DNA of 64,000 nucleotides from Adineta vaga (Eukaryota > Animalia > Rotifera), in assembly GCA_021613535.1 (NCBI GenBank), contig CP075497.1, positions 3,596,001 through 3,660,000 of the forward strand. Direction: 5' to 3'. Within the stretch, counting starts at the first letter, position 1; the number at the start of each line of letters is the position of its first letter. The notes under the pieces are model-generated. The model was given only the letters and a program-made list of their open reading frames with translations. It ran no database searches and was not told where the DNA came from. Shown in pieces: positions 1-14,287 of the stretch. The position numbers were made by a program, and so were the translations under genes.

Positions 1-501
1 CGAAGTTTGATATTGCAATTTCTTGGCGTTTTCAATTTGATTTCGAAAGAGTTTTTCAATAATTGAAGAATTTTCATAACCTTGTTTTTCAAGCCATTCA
101 ATTTGTAATTCTTGTGCACGATTATGTGTATCTAAATGGCAACATTTCAGTATTGTTGTACAAAGTATTTCAGTAAGCTTGGATAATTCACGATATTCAT
201 CAATAATACGTTCACCATCAATACTATGCAATGATGGAATCGTTGCAAATCTTGAAGGTTGAATCAATGTAGCTAGACCAAGATCAGTTGTTGTAGTAGG
301 CGGACGATTAGAACCAACTTTAGCCCATGCTATACCACGAAAAGGACCTTGAAACGTATCAGAAGGATTCGATACAATCACACGTGGTCGAATGTATTGT
401 ATAACTGGTGAATCATATTTGGATGATGGCGATTTTGCTCGATGATATTCACTAGATTTATATTTCGTATCATCAAATTTTACAACACTGTTCGAAGGCA
501 T
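1..501 (-). CDS. Divergent intermediate-filament-like coiled-coil protein (5' part; runs off the window edge)
   Basis: Open frame from ATG at 501 to position 1: MPSNSVVKFDD...DEYRELSKLTEILCTTILKCCHLDTHNRAQELQIEWLEKQGYENSSIIEKLFRNQIENAKKL. An S/P-rich head is followed by a segment whose spacing resembles the cytoplasmic IF coil 1A/L1/1B start (EL..LN.RL..YI.KV..LE..N..L...I..L). Missing from the ORF track because it has no stop inside the window. Confidence 0.5.
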   Translation of the reverse strand, partial: MPSNSVVKFDDTKYKSSEYHRAKSPSSKYDSPVIQYIRPRVIVSNPSDTFQGPFRGIAWAKVGSNRPPTTTTDLGLATLIQPSRFATIPSLHSIDGERIIDEYRELSKLTEILCTTILKCCHLDTHNRAQELQIEWLEKQGYENSSIIEKLFRNQIENAKKLQYQTS

Positions 502-1242
502 CTTTTTTTTGTCAAATAAACAGATTCGAAATTACAGTTACTCGACAATTTTCCCTTTTATCAAAAAATTGATAACGATAGACCGATCCTTTTTGTTTTA
601 GTTTTAATGGTAAATGAAATACCGCAGATAAGTTTATTTTTATTTTAAATATTAAATTGTCTTTTCTTGCGTTTTTATTTGGTCTACTATCAACTCACTT
701 TACTACGAAGATAATATTCTGTTTGACTTGTATTTGCAAACTTGAAAAGAAAAAAAGATATTTTGACGAGTAATGTTTCGGTGTTACTTAAGATTCTTCT
801 ACGTTTTCTGATATTATCTACATTAAAGTATTGATAAAAATATTTATTCCGAAGTAAAGATATCATTTAACGTATAATCGATCATCTCAGATGAAGTTCT
901 TGATATTTAAGGACATCGTACAATAATCTGTTGTCATCAAATAGCAACAGACATAGTTGATAACCTTCAATAGATCTTTCCATAACATTTTGTAGAAAAC
1001 TGCATGATCTTAGGGATTCTTTGACATTCTGATTCTCATTTTGTTCACTTGATAAAAAATTTTGAAAATAAATAGCTCGAATAAGAAAAATGAAGTGTTA
1101 ACAAAACAAAATTCCTTTCGAGTTAATAAAGAAAAAAAAATTGCCTACAAAAAACAGAACAAAGAAACTGTTTCTAGTACTACTAGAAAAACACACACAC
1201 GCACACGCATTCAAGCTGAGATAAGGCATATTTTGTAGAAGA

Positions 1243-2650
1243 TCAATTAGATATATCGTCAAAAAAACGACATTGAGGTAACGAATCAATGCTGAGAAAT
1301 TGTTTAGCTAGAAAACATTACGATCAGAAATATTATCACCAATGAAAATATCTTACATTTCGGTAGTTGTTTTGCTGCAATATGTAATTTTTCTACAAAA
1401 TTTGGAATACCTAAACAAAAGTAAACAATAAAATTCCTGATTTATCTACGAAGAACAAATGTAATATTACCACTCTGTGCTAAATATGAATAAGTCGATG
1501 TCGGCATGGAAGCTTTAGCATCTTCATGATATGTTAATAAAAATTTTATTCCTTTCTAGAAGAAAACAAGAAAAAAAAGAAATGAAATAGTAAAAACATA
1601 ATCTTGTCTGTTCCTACTTCATCAAGTTTGGTTTTTGATTGAATTATCATTGATGATTCATATTTATTCACTCGAACACATTTTTTATCATCATGAACAT
1701 TCGGATGATTAATTGAATGACATTTAATAACAATTTTTGGTGGAATATTCGTTGATGTATCGAAACAATAACGTCGAACATAGAGATAATCACGATGATT
1801 AAATGGAAATGGAAATTTTTGTATCCAATGAACAATATCACTTTGAGTACTTTCATTCGCATCAACTACCGATAATCTTAATGCATGATCATCCCAATTC
1901 ATTCGATAATCAAGATCAAGCTATTCATAGAAATGAAAAACAAATGATTCATTTCAAGAAATTTTACTTACTTGTACTTGAAAAAATACTAATGCAGATA
2001 TGTCATTGAATGTTCCAAAAACTACAAAAAATCAAATGAAAATTTGATCATTGGAAATATTTATTCTATATTCTTACTTTTATATGAATAAACTTGTAAT
2101 TCATCATCATATTTACGAAAAAGCATCAAATGATCTTTACGAAGAAGTTTTTCCCAACCTAATGAAGTCAATACATCATTCACTTGACTATTCGTCATAT
2201 TTAATAGATAATCATCAGAACAGGCTTCTTGTCTAAACAAATCAATTTTGAAAAAGATCGTCTATCTTGTTTTTCTTCTACTTACAATTCTCTGTCGCTA
2301 ACTCCATCATTTTCCCATGAAAATACTGTAGCTGCAGCTGTTAATGCTCCAATAACTGATGATGCAAATAATGTCGATGGTATTCGCGATTTTTTCTTTG
2401 AATATTTCCATCTCTCATCTTCTGTTTTCTTCCAATCGAATTTCTTCAATGAAATCTGATCAATTTTATGATTATTAATGAATAATAGTGGACTAAACGA
2501 GAAAATATAACGATGTCGTTTACATTCATTGCAAAGCATTTTCAACGGCCATTTATTCATCGATGTAGAACATCGAATAAACCATTCAATCCACATCTGT
2601 TCTTTTCTAGAAAAAAAAGGGCGGAATCGAAAATTACAAAAGCACATCAT
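1243..2650 (-). CDS. STARD7: START-domain phosphatidylcholine transfer protein, STARD7/PCTP-like (multi-exon; start at 2650 or 2596)
   Basis: WDDHAL..., DIVHWIQKFPFPFNHRDYLYVRRY and CVRVNKYES match the STARD2/7 START domain. A basic N-terminal extension ending in AAATVFSWENDGVSDREL resembles the STARD7 presequence region. The last exon ends ...DDISN-TGA at 1243. Confidence 0.8.
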
Positions 2651-2750
2651 TTTTATCTAACGAATTTTAATAGATTAAAAAAACAAACAAATAAAATTAT
2701 TTCGTATCATTACTGTTCACACATATTACAAAATGAGCAGAAAACGTTTA

Positions 2751-5208
2751 TCAAAATCGAACTTTTTCTTTTAAAATTAAATCATGAATTTCTCGGGTTA
2801 ACTCTTCGTAACTTTGTTTTTGTTGATTTAAATAATAGATTGGTTCATTAATTCGATTCAGATCATAAGCTTCTTCTTGAAAGACAGTTTTTTTCACTTT
2901 AAATGTTCCAGTTAATTCAATATGTTTTGTTAAACGTATAAAACATGGACGAGCATACGAAGGTAAACCTTGTTTCTTCAATTCATTTGCTAATGTTGAC
3001 ATATCAATCGAAGACGTTAAATCATCAAGAATAACAGCCATTCCTGCTTTTCCTTCCGATTCTAAATCAAACGTAGATTAGATTTGATCATTATCTCGAG
3101 CAAAATTATAATCAAACCTGGTACAGAAACACCGAAAACAACAACATCATTTCGTTTAAGAATATTCATCAGAATATTTTCAACTTCTACAGTCGAAACA
3201 TTTTCCCCTTTCCATCGAAATGTATCACCCGTTCGATCACAAAAATAAAAATATCCATATTTATCTGCATAGATAACATCACCTATTTATATCAACAAGA
3301 AAATAATGATCATTTTCAATCTTATTCATTCTTACCGGTATTAAATGCTTTATCACCGATTTTATAAACATTCTCGATAATTTTTCGATTTGTACCTGAA
3401 GGATTATTTACATAACCATCAAATTCATTGAAGACACTTTTCTTAATCATTCCTATTAATAAACCACGTTCATCTGTTTTACATGGTATACATAGTTGAG
3501 TTTTTTCATCACGTAATGGTTCCATTGTTTCCGGATCAAATCGTACAAGTAAGGAGCCAAGAATTCTAGGAACAATAACAGAAAAAAATCCACAAGCACC
3601 GGGATGACAATCGATATTAACTAGAAAAATGAATCAATTTATATGAACTTAATTTTTTAATAAGAAATTCATTTACAAAAATAAGCATTGCTTTCAGTAG
3701 CACCATAGAATTCATAAATATTTCGTATATTAAATCGTTTGGAAAATGGTTTCCAAAGATTTTGTCGAAGACCATTACCCGAACAAAATTTTATGGAATG
3801 TTTTTGATCATATTCACTTGATGGTTGAGCAAGTAAAAAGCGACATAATTCTCCTACATAAGTAAAACCCTTTTGAATTAGAAAGCACAAGCAAATATTT
3901 AATAGAAATCCTGTTAAAATAGAACATACGGTACATTGATATTTAACACAATCTTTCCAAAAATTTGATGCAGAAAATTTTTTTCGTAATACAGTTGTAC
4001 ACCCACCGAGCAAACTAAATTATTAAACAGAAGTTGACAATCTTTTGTTGGATATTTATTTAAACATACCTATAGGTAATACAGACCCAACCACCTGTAA
4101 AAAGTTGATTTGATGTGACAACATGAAAAATGATTTCGAGAATAACTTACCGAGTGAATGGTAAAGTGGAAGTGTATTGTACATGATATCTTCAGGTTTG
4201 ATACCTGTTGCACAAAGAAAACCATATGAACCAAGAAGGAATCTAGAGGAAGAGTATTCAATTCATACAAAATCATACTTGAAAGTACGCTTGACAAACC
4301 GTGCATGTTTAATTACTGCTGCTTTAGGTAAACCTGTTGTACCAGAAGTGAATATATAAAAAACTGGATCTACGAAAAGAATAAATTAATATTTCGATGA
4401 AAGAGAATCAATCGATTGTTTGTTAGTATACATTTAAAATCACATGGAAGAGGATTAGGTGGTTGAATTGAACATACTTGCAATTGTTCATATAATTGAA
4501 TTGTTTCAAAAGATGTTGATATAGATTCGGAATTACTATTATGAATTTTCGTTGTTGATGATTCTTTTGGATCAAATAGATATACTTTTTTTATATCTAA
4601 TTCTTTCAATTCCGCTTCAATTTCTATTTGAAATTAAAAAAAAGTAATTTCGAAATTCTTTAAACAAAAATAATTCATCTTACCTGGAAGAATTTGTTTT
4701 GATGTAATGATACTTTTAGCATTAACTGTACGAATTGAATGTAGAAGTGGTTTTGCACGAAGATTGGTATTGATTAGAGCTGTTATACAACCAATTTTAC
4801 TCAATCCAATCCATACACATGGATATTCAAGTGAATTTTCAAGTACAAGTGCAATCACATCACCACGTGTAAAACCTTCCGCAGAAAAAAAATTCGCCAA
4901 TTGATTGGTTAAATCTTCAATCTAAATTTATGAAAAATAAAACAACAAAAAATATGTTTTTTCTTTCAACTAACTTGTTGAAATGAAAGTGATTTGTCTT
5001 CGAGGATAAAACATGGTTTTGTTTGATAGCGTTTGACATTTTCACGAAAAATATGTATAAAATCTCGTTTCCGAAATGTATTGTATTTGATTATAAGATG
5101 ATATTTAGTCAATACACATAAACCAGTAAGATCACGTGTTAAAGTTTTAATAACAATAAAGAAAAATTTCAATGTTTGTACAATGGAAGTCCAAATTCTA
5201 TCAAACAT
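2751..5208 (-). CDS. Long-chain fatty acid transport protein / acyl-CoA ligase (SLC27A1/4-like), multi-exon
   Basis: AMP-binding motif [39 protein letters not shown], and C-terminal [20 protein letters not shown]. Confidence 0.93.
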
Positions 5209-5762
5209 CTAGAATAATAAAGATTCTAATTGAATATATATTTTGCGATGTATACATATATGAGGGCAAGTCTATAAAGGTAAATAAGTGTACGCATGAC
5301 TATTACACAAAGTGACAGATTGAATGAAATTTTATTCGTCGATATTTTCATTAAGGAAAACGTTGTACTAGTAAGTCTTTATATAAGTTTTCATTTGAAT
5401 AAACAAATATATCTATAATACTATGATCATCTCTAAGTTCGTACTTAATTACTGAGAAAGAAAAGAAAAATTCTTTATTCTTCGAAAAAAAACAAGAGCA
5501 AAAGCAAAAAAGGACGTACGAAACGTATGCTGATGATATATTCAGGGTCAAAGTACAACCACACAGTTCGAACCTTTTTTTTTCAAAGTCGTAAAATACA
5601 GGCACAATGTGTGTTTAATATGTTTACAGAGAGAGTGAGAAAAACGAAACGAGAGAGAGAAAGAAAGAAAAACAGTATGATAATAATAATAGTAATAAGC
5701 AAAAGAGATAAGTTACACACAAAACATATAAAACACTGTTGTTAACGTATGATTTTCTTCAT

Positions 5763-8280
5763 CTAACAAACATAATCGCCAAAATCTCCTCGAAAATCAA
5801 TATCAATACGACAGATTGGACATCGTTTACTTTGAGTTAACCATCTATCCACACATTCAATATGAAATAGATGCATACATGGTAAACGACGAACATCATC
5901 ATTATGATCGAATTCACATAGACATATAGTACATTTTTCATCGGCTAATATCGTTCGTTTTTCATATTTATATGATAATGTTCGAGCATTAATATGTTCT
6001 TGATTTGCGCCTATATTACCACCATTATTTAAACCATTTAGCTGTTCTTCCATACGTAATAATTCTTCGACGACATGTTCAGCACGTTCACTATTTAGAA
6101 ACGGATGATGATGATGGTGATGATGATGACTACGTAGTAGAAGTGGATTACGAAATGGACGAAATAATAAAGGCGTCGATGGCCATTGATTATTTTGTGT
6201 TGTCGTATTTATTGCTACGTGCATACTCGGATTAGTTGTGCCTAATGTTAAATTATATGTATTCGCCGATGATGATGCTGCAGTTGCTGGTTGTATTGTT
6301 AAATGAGCATGAATATTATTGTTTGTTGTTGTTGCTGTTGGATGAGTTAGAATAGCATGTAATTGTTGATTAGCAGTGAGTATTGTAGTCGTAGGTGAAG
6401 AGGCAGAAGATAAAGTTTGATGTTGAAATGAACTAAGTCGTTGTCGACGCAATTCAGATGTTAATTGTTGACGATATTGATGACGTAAATGAGCAGGATT
6501 GTGATTATGATTATGATTGTGATTATGATTATGATGATGATGATGAAAATGAAGATGTTGAACGGGTGGAGGTTGCGGAAGAGAGGCAAGTGCAACTAAA
6601 CAAATTCATATTGGAAAATATTGATCTTTCCAATTCTAAAAACAAACAAAAAAACGAACTTACCGGCACTAGCAGCAGCAGCAGCTAGAGCAACAGTTTG
6701 TTGACTTGTTGCTGTTAAAGTTGGAATAGCATTAGGTGTTTGATTAGGAGGATAAACAATAAAAGGTGATATAGATGCAGTTGAAGATGAATTTGATCCG
6801 TTTGATGGAGTTATTACTGTAGAACTATTTGGTGTACGATGTGAACATGAACACGAAGAATTTGAAGGAATTGGTGTTGGTAAAGGATGTCTCCTGGAAG
6901 ATAAAAGTTGTCGAGGAAAGGTTGACGCTACTGTCGGAGTCGTTGACAATGTTTGTGATTGTTGTTGCTGTTGATTAGAATATAATGTAGGATAATAGGA
7001 AATCGATCTTGATTGTTGTTGTTGTTGCTGCTGCTGCTGCTGCTGTTGTTGTTGTTGTTGTTGTTGCTGTTGAATAGATCGAAAATGATTTGTATGAGCA
7101 GTTATATTTGATGGTAATAATGAATCTTGTTTTGTTTGATCAACAATAAGATTATTACTATTTGACAATAATGATGATGATGGTCTTTGACTAAATAGAG
7201 CACTTGATGAATCATCATCATCATCATCGTCATCGTCATCTTCATCATCATCTTCTTCATCACTATCGTCACTTGATTCGATACTTGTTGTTATTGTTGT
7301 TGTTTGTCGTCGTTGAGTATCCATTGCATTCGATTCATCATACAATGAAGCAGTAACAGCAGCAGCTATACAAGCTGCAGCAGTAGCACGTGATGACGCT
7401 AAATCATTTGTAGTTGTAGATGCTGATGAAAAAATTCGTCGAGCAGAATTACTAAATGTATCATTTTCATCATCATCTGACGAACATTCTTGAACTTGTA
7501 ATTGACGAGAAGATACTATATATACATAGAAAGAAAATGATTAATTTCTAGTTATTTACTCTTTCTTTTCTTTTATAAAATAATGTACCTGTGGATGACT
7601 GTATAGGACGAAAACGTTTCGGTAGACTACGACCATCATTAATTATTGAATTGGATGAAGAAAAATCATATTCATTTGATATAGAACGTCTTTTTCGATT
7701 ATTCGTAGATGCTGAAGATGCTATTGAATTCGATGTTGATGAATTATTACATAGATTTTCATAATAATTACGAATAAGTGTATTACTATTTGATACTATC
7801 GAAGCAGCTGTAGTGGCAGCAGTCGATTGTTGATCATTTGTAGGTAGAGATGAAGGCATTGTGGGATTAAATTTATCAAGTAAAGTTTTATATCGTGGTA
7901 AAGTTGTTGTTGCTGCTGCATTTGTCATTGTAGACGATGACGAAGTCGATGAAGAAGGTGAATCTAATATAATAAATAACATTTTTATTTCTTTCAAAAT
8001 GAAGAAAAATCAGATTTTTACCACTGTATGTATGCGTAGTAACGGTATAAGGTGTTGGAGGTCGACTATTTCTGGATAAATCATTATTATTATGCGTAGT
8101 TCCATTAGTAAGAAAATCATTTAATGTCGTTTGATTAACATTTTGTTGATGATGAATAAGAAGAGCAGCGGCTGCAGCAGCTGGTTCAACAGCAAGAAAT
8201 TCAGCAAATGCAGCATTCATTGCGGATGCGACTTCTTCAGGACTAACAATCGATGATTGATGTTGTTGTACGGCACTCAT
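5763..8280 (-). CDS. RING-H2 E3 ubiquitin ligase, Arkadia family (RNF111/RNF165-like), with a long low-complexity N-terminus
   Basis: C-terminal [10 protein letters not shown]...[19 protein letters not shown]...[47 protein letters not shown] matches the Arkadia RING region. PolyQ, polyD, polyA and polyH tracts lie upstream. Short introns near 8020, 7530-7585 and 6600-6660. Confidence 0.85.
7012..7070 (-). repeat. CAA/CAG polyglutamine tract in the RING E3 gene
   Basis: (ttg/ctg)n on the + strand encodes about 20 Q in ORF 6596..7345. Confidence 0.9.
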
Positions 8281-9823
8281 ACGTAGGTATAAATATCTCG
8301 ACGTATGTATATATGTGCACGCTCTGTTTTATTTTTTGTTGTTTTTCTTCAATGAAAAAAAATGGAATCGTAAAGCTTTGGAAATAAATAATAAAATAAT
8401 AATTCAGTCTTTGTGGTTTTTTCCTGTCTTTACATATATATATTCTCTTGTCTTGTTTACTGCATCCAGAAATATACGACGAACGATTCACTCAATCCTT
8501 AGCCTTGTTGCTCGATTTTCTCGTCCAGTACAAAATATAACGACAACGTTCGCTTGCTTGGTTGCTTGCCCTCGTTACTATTGCTGCTTCTCTTTTTCTT
8601 CTTTTTTTTTCTTTTTTTCTTTTCTTTCGCTCGTCGCCCGTTGCTCGGAGAATGAGAGTGCATAGCACACTAGCGCGTGCGTGTGCACATACTCGCCCTC
8701 GCGCTCGCGATAACAAATGTTTTTCTTCGATGTACTATGCGTCGATGTGTGTGTGTGTGTGTTGTTCATCTCTAAAATCTATTTCTCGACCGTCGTTGTG
8801 TAGCCTCGTTCTTTCTCCCCTTTTTCTTTCTCCATCTCTCTCTCTCTATTCCTATTTCTATGCCTTTCTCGTATGCACATACGTTCGAGAACAATTTTGA
8901 CAAAAAATTGGAGAAGAACATGAGTGAGAAAAAGAAAAGAGGCCATATGGTGCCGGGACCCAATTTTGTTTCTCTAAAATAGGTACGAACACTCCATTCG
9001 GTTGAAGAGAGAACAAGTACGAACGACAGAACGAAAGGAGAAGCAACTGTGATGAACATACTATCATAATTTGACTATTTTGTTCGATCTATACGAAGGA
9101 CATTCTTGTAAAAAGTATGGAATGATAAGAAAAACGAGAAGTAGCAGTAGTAACAGAGAGAAGAACGTGAAGTTTTTCTCGAGAAAGCCTATATCTATCA
9201 ACGACGTCATGATGACAACAATGTTGCAAGTGCAAAAGAAAAACGATCAATAGACGGCTAGAGAGATATTTAGTACAAGAGAATGTAAAGAAGAGGCAAA
9301 GCAAGAAAGAGAGTAGGGATAAACGACTGATGAGGAGAACAACCTTTTTATAACACACATACACACACATTCGGCTCGAGCACGCATAGCCATGAATGTC
9401 GAATGCGCCGCAAGTAGAGACGACGACCGTCGAGCAAATCATGAATGATGAAGGGAACGAGGATGTATGTATGTGTGTTTGTCACAAGGAGAGAAGAGAA
9501 GAAAAAAAACGAGAGAAAAAAGACGCGCAAGGAAGATTTTGGAGGCGTGTACACGGTGAGAGAATCACACATCAATATATTTCTCATTACGGTTTCTTTT
9601 TTCAAACAAATTTTGTCTATTCAAACACGCATTATCAATAAATGAAAACACTAAGAAAAAAGATCATATCAACACATTTTTCTTTCTTTCTTCTATTTCT
9701 ATTTCTTTTTTTTTCAGTTTCGATAAACTAGATTAGAAAAAACAACACAAACAAAAGAAGAAAAAAAAGTGAACAATTAAATTAATAGAAAATTTTTCGT
9801 TCAGTTTGAAATTTTTCAATACA

Positions 9824-12800
9824 TTAATTTCTCCGCCGTTGCTGTTGTTGTTGAGGGTGCTCAAGACTTTCTTGATATTGTTGAATAATTTTACTTGAAA
9901 TATCTGATCGAACTGGACAATAACGAGTATATTCCATAGAAAATTCACCTTTGCCTTGTGTATGTGAACGGATATCAGTTGAAAAACCAAACATATCATT
10001 TAATGGAATCTTTCATGGACAAAAGAAAAACGAAATATAATAAATTAGAATTCTTTTGAAATCAAATTCATTTTACTTCTGCTAACATTGTAAACCAATC
10101 TTCACGTGGTTCAATCGCTGATATAATACCAAAACGTTTGACAACTAATGAACTTACAGAGCTTTGAAATTCGATTGGTGCATTGATTTCAACTAACATG
10201 ACTGGTTCGATTAATTGCCATTGACCATACTCTTGTGCTAGATAAAAACGAATAAATCTATATAGAATTCAATATTCTGAATTATCAAATTTACTTTGAC
10301 GTATTGCTCCTTCAGCAGCTAACATAAATGCAAGTTCATTTGAATCAACAATGTGATTATCCCCTAAATCGAGATAATCAAATAGAAATTTGAAATAGAA
10401 ATTCTTTTCTTATACCATCTAATAAACGAAATTTAAGACCACTAATTTTATTTCCACTAAGAGAACCTTTCTCATAGGCACGCATTAAACCCTACGAAAT
10501 AGAAACATAACAATAGGAAAATTCTTCATTATAATGGTATTTTAAAGACAAACCTTTTTAATAGCTGGGATAAATTGTGATGGCACATTTGTTCCAGATG
10601 TTTCATCAGAAAATTCTTGAAAAAGAAAAGAATAGTCTGTGACCATTTTCAATACACGGACGTATTTCAATACATACCAACTGTAGCGAATTTTTCGGGT
10701 GATAATGGCTAGAAATAAAGTACAAATGGATCTTGAATGCTAACTTAATATCTATTAATATACTTCAAGAATGCCAATGACTCGAGCATATTGACCTGCA
10801 CCACCGGATTGTTTCTTATGAAGATAATCAAATCTTTACAAATATAAATACAATGAAAAGGATACATTATTTCTTTTGTTCTTACTTAATAGGACCAGCG
10901 AGAGATTCTCGAAAAGAAACTTTTGGTTTACCCATTTGAATTTTTACACCATATTCTCGTTGAATACGCTAAACAAAAACAAAAAGAGTGTTTTTCAGCA
11001 ACGTTTTCTTCTTCAAAATAAAATCATACTTGTGCATAAATATCTAATTGTAATTCTCCCATACCCATAGCGATTGATTCTTTGTTATCTTCATCATAAA
11101 CAATACGAAATGTTGGATCTTCTCGTGTAAATCTTCAAGAATAAGACAGTTTTATATTATTTAAAAAAAAGAAGAAACTTTACCTGGCAAGAGCGGCAGC
11201 AAATTTTTCGACATCATTCGTTGATAAACATTTGATCGACATCGATATAACTGGATCAGGTACAAAAATTGATTCCTATTACACATTTAAATATCGTCTT
11301 ATTGAATAAATGCTTTCAATATATTTACCATACTGATTTGATATGCTTTATCATTCACAAATGTGTCACCAGTAGCACAATCAAGACCATAAAACGCACA
11401 TATATCTCCTGCATAAGCTTCATCAACTTCCTAGAAAAGATGGAAATAACATTTAGTCTGTATTGAAAAAAACAGATAAGTGTAAGTTTATACTTCGGCT
11501 TTGTTCGAATGCATACGAACAAGTTTTGATACTCGTGCTCGTTTCATTGTACGTATATTATAAAGTGTATCACCACGTTTGACACCACCTTGATAAACAC
11601 GTACGTATGTTAATTGTGTTGCACTAGTATTACGACCACCAGCCTATATGAAATTCAGAAAATGTCTTTACTTGCATTATTTCTAAGATTTACTTCGATT
11701 TTAAAAGCAAAACCAACAAATGGTGCACCAAATGAACGTGTCGGATCAAGTTTAATTGTCTTTTTTTCTTTTCTAATAAATAATTGATAAAAAAATTCGA
11801 TAAAAAAACTATACAATTCATTCTCTACCCTAGTTCATCCAATGCAATATTTTCAACTTCAGCTGGATTTGGTAAATAACGATTTACATTATCAAGTAAT
11901 GGTTGAACACCTTTATTTTTCAAAGCTGATCCAACAAAGATCGGGTGAAATTTACGACTGATTACGCAACGACGAACTGCATCCTTTACAAAAAGAAAAT
12001 TTTCGTAAAAACTATTCGGAAAATATGTTGTCTACATACATGAATTTGTTGTTCATTCGGTTGTTCTTCATTCAGAAACATTTCACCAAGTTCATCATCA
12101 ACACCGGAGATGGTTTCTATTAGATACGACTATGATGATGATCAATTATAACTGATAACAAATTTTTTACCAATCAGATCGCGTCGTCTATCTTCACTTT
12201 CTTTTTTATATTGTTCAGGAATTTCTTCTACTGAGATTTCTTCTCTAAAGAACAAACATACGAATATTCATATAATAAATGTCATTTTTATGAAGATTAA
12301 AATCTTACCCATGTGGACCATTAAAATAAATTGCTTTACGTTCAATGAGATCGATAATACCTTTGAAATTTCCTTCTAAACCCATTGGGATTTGCACAAA
12401 AGCAGCATTATGACCAAGTTTTGATCTGATATACAAAACAAAAACAGATTTTAATCAAAATAAAAGAAACATTCAATACTTTAGTTGATTCATTGCACGA
12501 GTTGGATTAGCATTCATACGATCAAGTTTATTGATGAAAGTAAGAAATGGTACACGATATCGATTCAATTGTCTATTTACTGTCATTGTTTGCGATTGTA
12601 CACCACCAACACCACAGACAACAAGTATGGCACCATCAAGGACACGTAAAGAACGTTCAACTTCAACAGTAAAATCGACATGACCTAAAAAATAAATGAT
12701 TCATTCATAATTATGTGAAATAAGATGCTTTATGTACCAGGTGTGTCGATAATATTAATATTATGACCTTTCCATTCGACATAAGTTGCAGCCGATTGAA

Positions 12801-13282
12801 TAGTAATACCACGTTCACGTTCGAGTTCCATAGAATCCATAGTTGCACCAACAGCATCTTTGCCTTTAACCTAAAATGACGATCATCGTTAAGTTTCAAA
12901 GAAATCATAATACGAATGATATTCACTTCATGCATTGATTGAATACGTCCAGAATAGAAAAGAACACGTTCAGATAAAGTAGTCTAAATTGAATGATTAT
13001 GATTTTAAAATACTATGAAGAAAAAACATTGCATACTTTGCCAGAGTCAATATGTGCAGAAATTCCAATATTTCGAATTTTTTCCAAAGGATAATGTTTC
13101 TGTGAAAATAATCAAAAGTAATCGATCATGTCATTTTGAATAAAAATTTACCGATTCCCGTTTGACAGCATAGGTTCGAAATGGTATCCATCGATACTAA
13201 TACAAGAAATTCAGATCGATTTTTATGAAAAATTCACAAGATTTACCTGTTTGAGAAGATGAGAAAGTAATCGAGGTGTCAT
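9824..13282 (-). CDS. GFM1: Mitochondrial elongation factor G1 (about 20 short introns)
   Basis: [101 protein letters not shown]. The N-terminus is short and presequence-like; TAA at 9824. Confidence 0.95.
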
Positions 13283-14066
13283 TGTTGTTTACCTGGTTGA
13301 AATGTTTCTTTCCTCTAGAAAATAAAAGGATAAAGGAAAATCAATCAGTTGCATTGCAGATGAAGATCAGAAGCAAAGTCCAGTCTATGGTAAACTTCAT
13401 GCTATCCACAGATAAGTAGTCGAGAACCTCCTCCGATAGTTTATGCGATGATAGATGACGCTATTTGTTGGCATTATTCTGTAATTGAGACCTGTCCGAA
13501 CTCGTGAGAGATCTTCAATTCAAGATTATAATTTTGAATGACTATGATGCATCACATAATTATGACAAGGCCAAGTCCAAGGATATTCGCTGGCGAGAGT
13601 GGGATATGAGTTAGAATTAGATTGTTTCGAAAGAAACATCTTAATTTAACAGCATAAGTGGAAGTATGAAACAACTTTATCTTTTTTGCGCTCGTATTAA
13701 TAGAGATTGGTTCAAAACACATACACAATAGTTTGCTGCTATTTCAATAGAAAAATCTCGATATTACAATGCATTGCTAACTAATTTGTTTGTTTTAATC
13801 ACTTAACATATATTTATACTTTAGAGATATTTATCCATTGTGAAAAATCGGCGAAAACTAAGAATATTCTATATACTATTGAAAGATATATTCTTCGCGA
13901 TTTCTGTTTAATATACAACTGTTCAATCGTCATTCTTTGAGTTTTAATGACGCATCGGATGATATGTCTGCAAAATGTATATACAATATTCTATTTTTTA
14001 ACTGATGCAATAATGACGCAGCGTTTTTTCTTTTCATCTTATGTACTCGACAGAAGAAAAAACAAG

Positions 14067-14287
14067 TATATAAATAGAGGCAACAGAGTCGATCGCAAGA
14101 CACGTGTTAGTTTTTTATTCTGTTACATAACAAAAGTAAGAGAACGAGAGGAACCCCTCTATTACTTTTCAAATCTATAAATGAAACGATTACCGATAAA
14201 TCTGCTATTTTTATTGGTGAGAATAAAATATTTCTGGAAGGAATTTTTAGGAAACAGAAATTATTTCTCATTCATCGTCTATTTCAG
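14067..14287 (+). promoter_or_regulatory. Core promoter and 5'-UTR intron of the aldo-keto reductase gene
   Basis: TATATAAA at 14067, Inr-like TTAGTT near 14107, donor GTAAGA at 14136, and acceptor TTTCAG directly before the ATG at 14288. Confidence 0.5.

Noticed and set aside
8243-9700. Many overlapping 60-120-aa ORFs on both strands
   Set aside because: They translate microsatellite and purine/pyrimidine tracts in the CpG-richer promoter and 5'-UTR region of the RING E3 gene, with no domain or splice pattern.
13380-13620. Slightly GC-richer block between GFM1 and AKR, possibly a transposon remnant
   Set aside because: No terminal repeats, ORF or recognisable motif.
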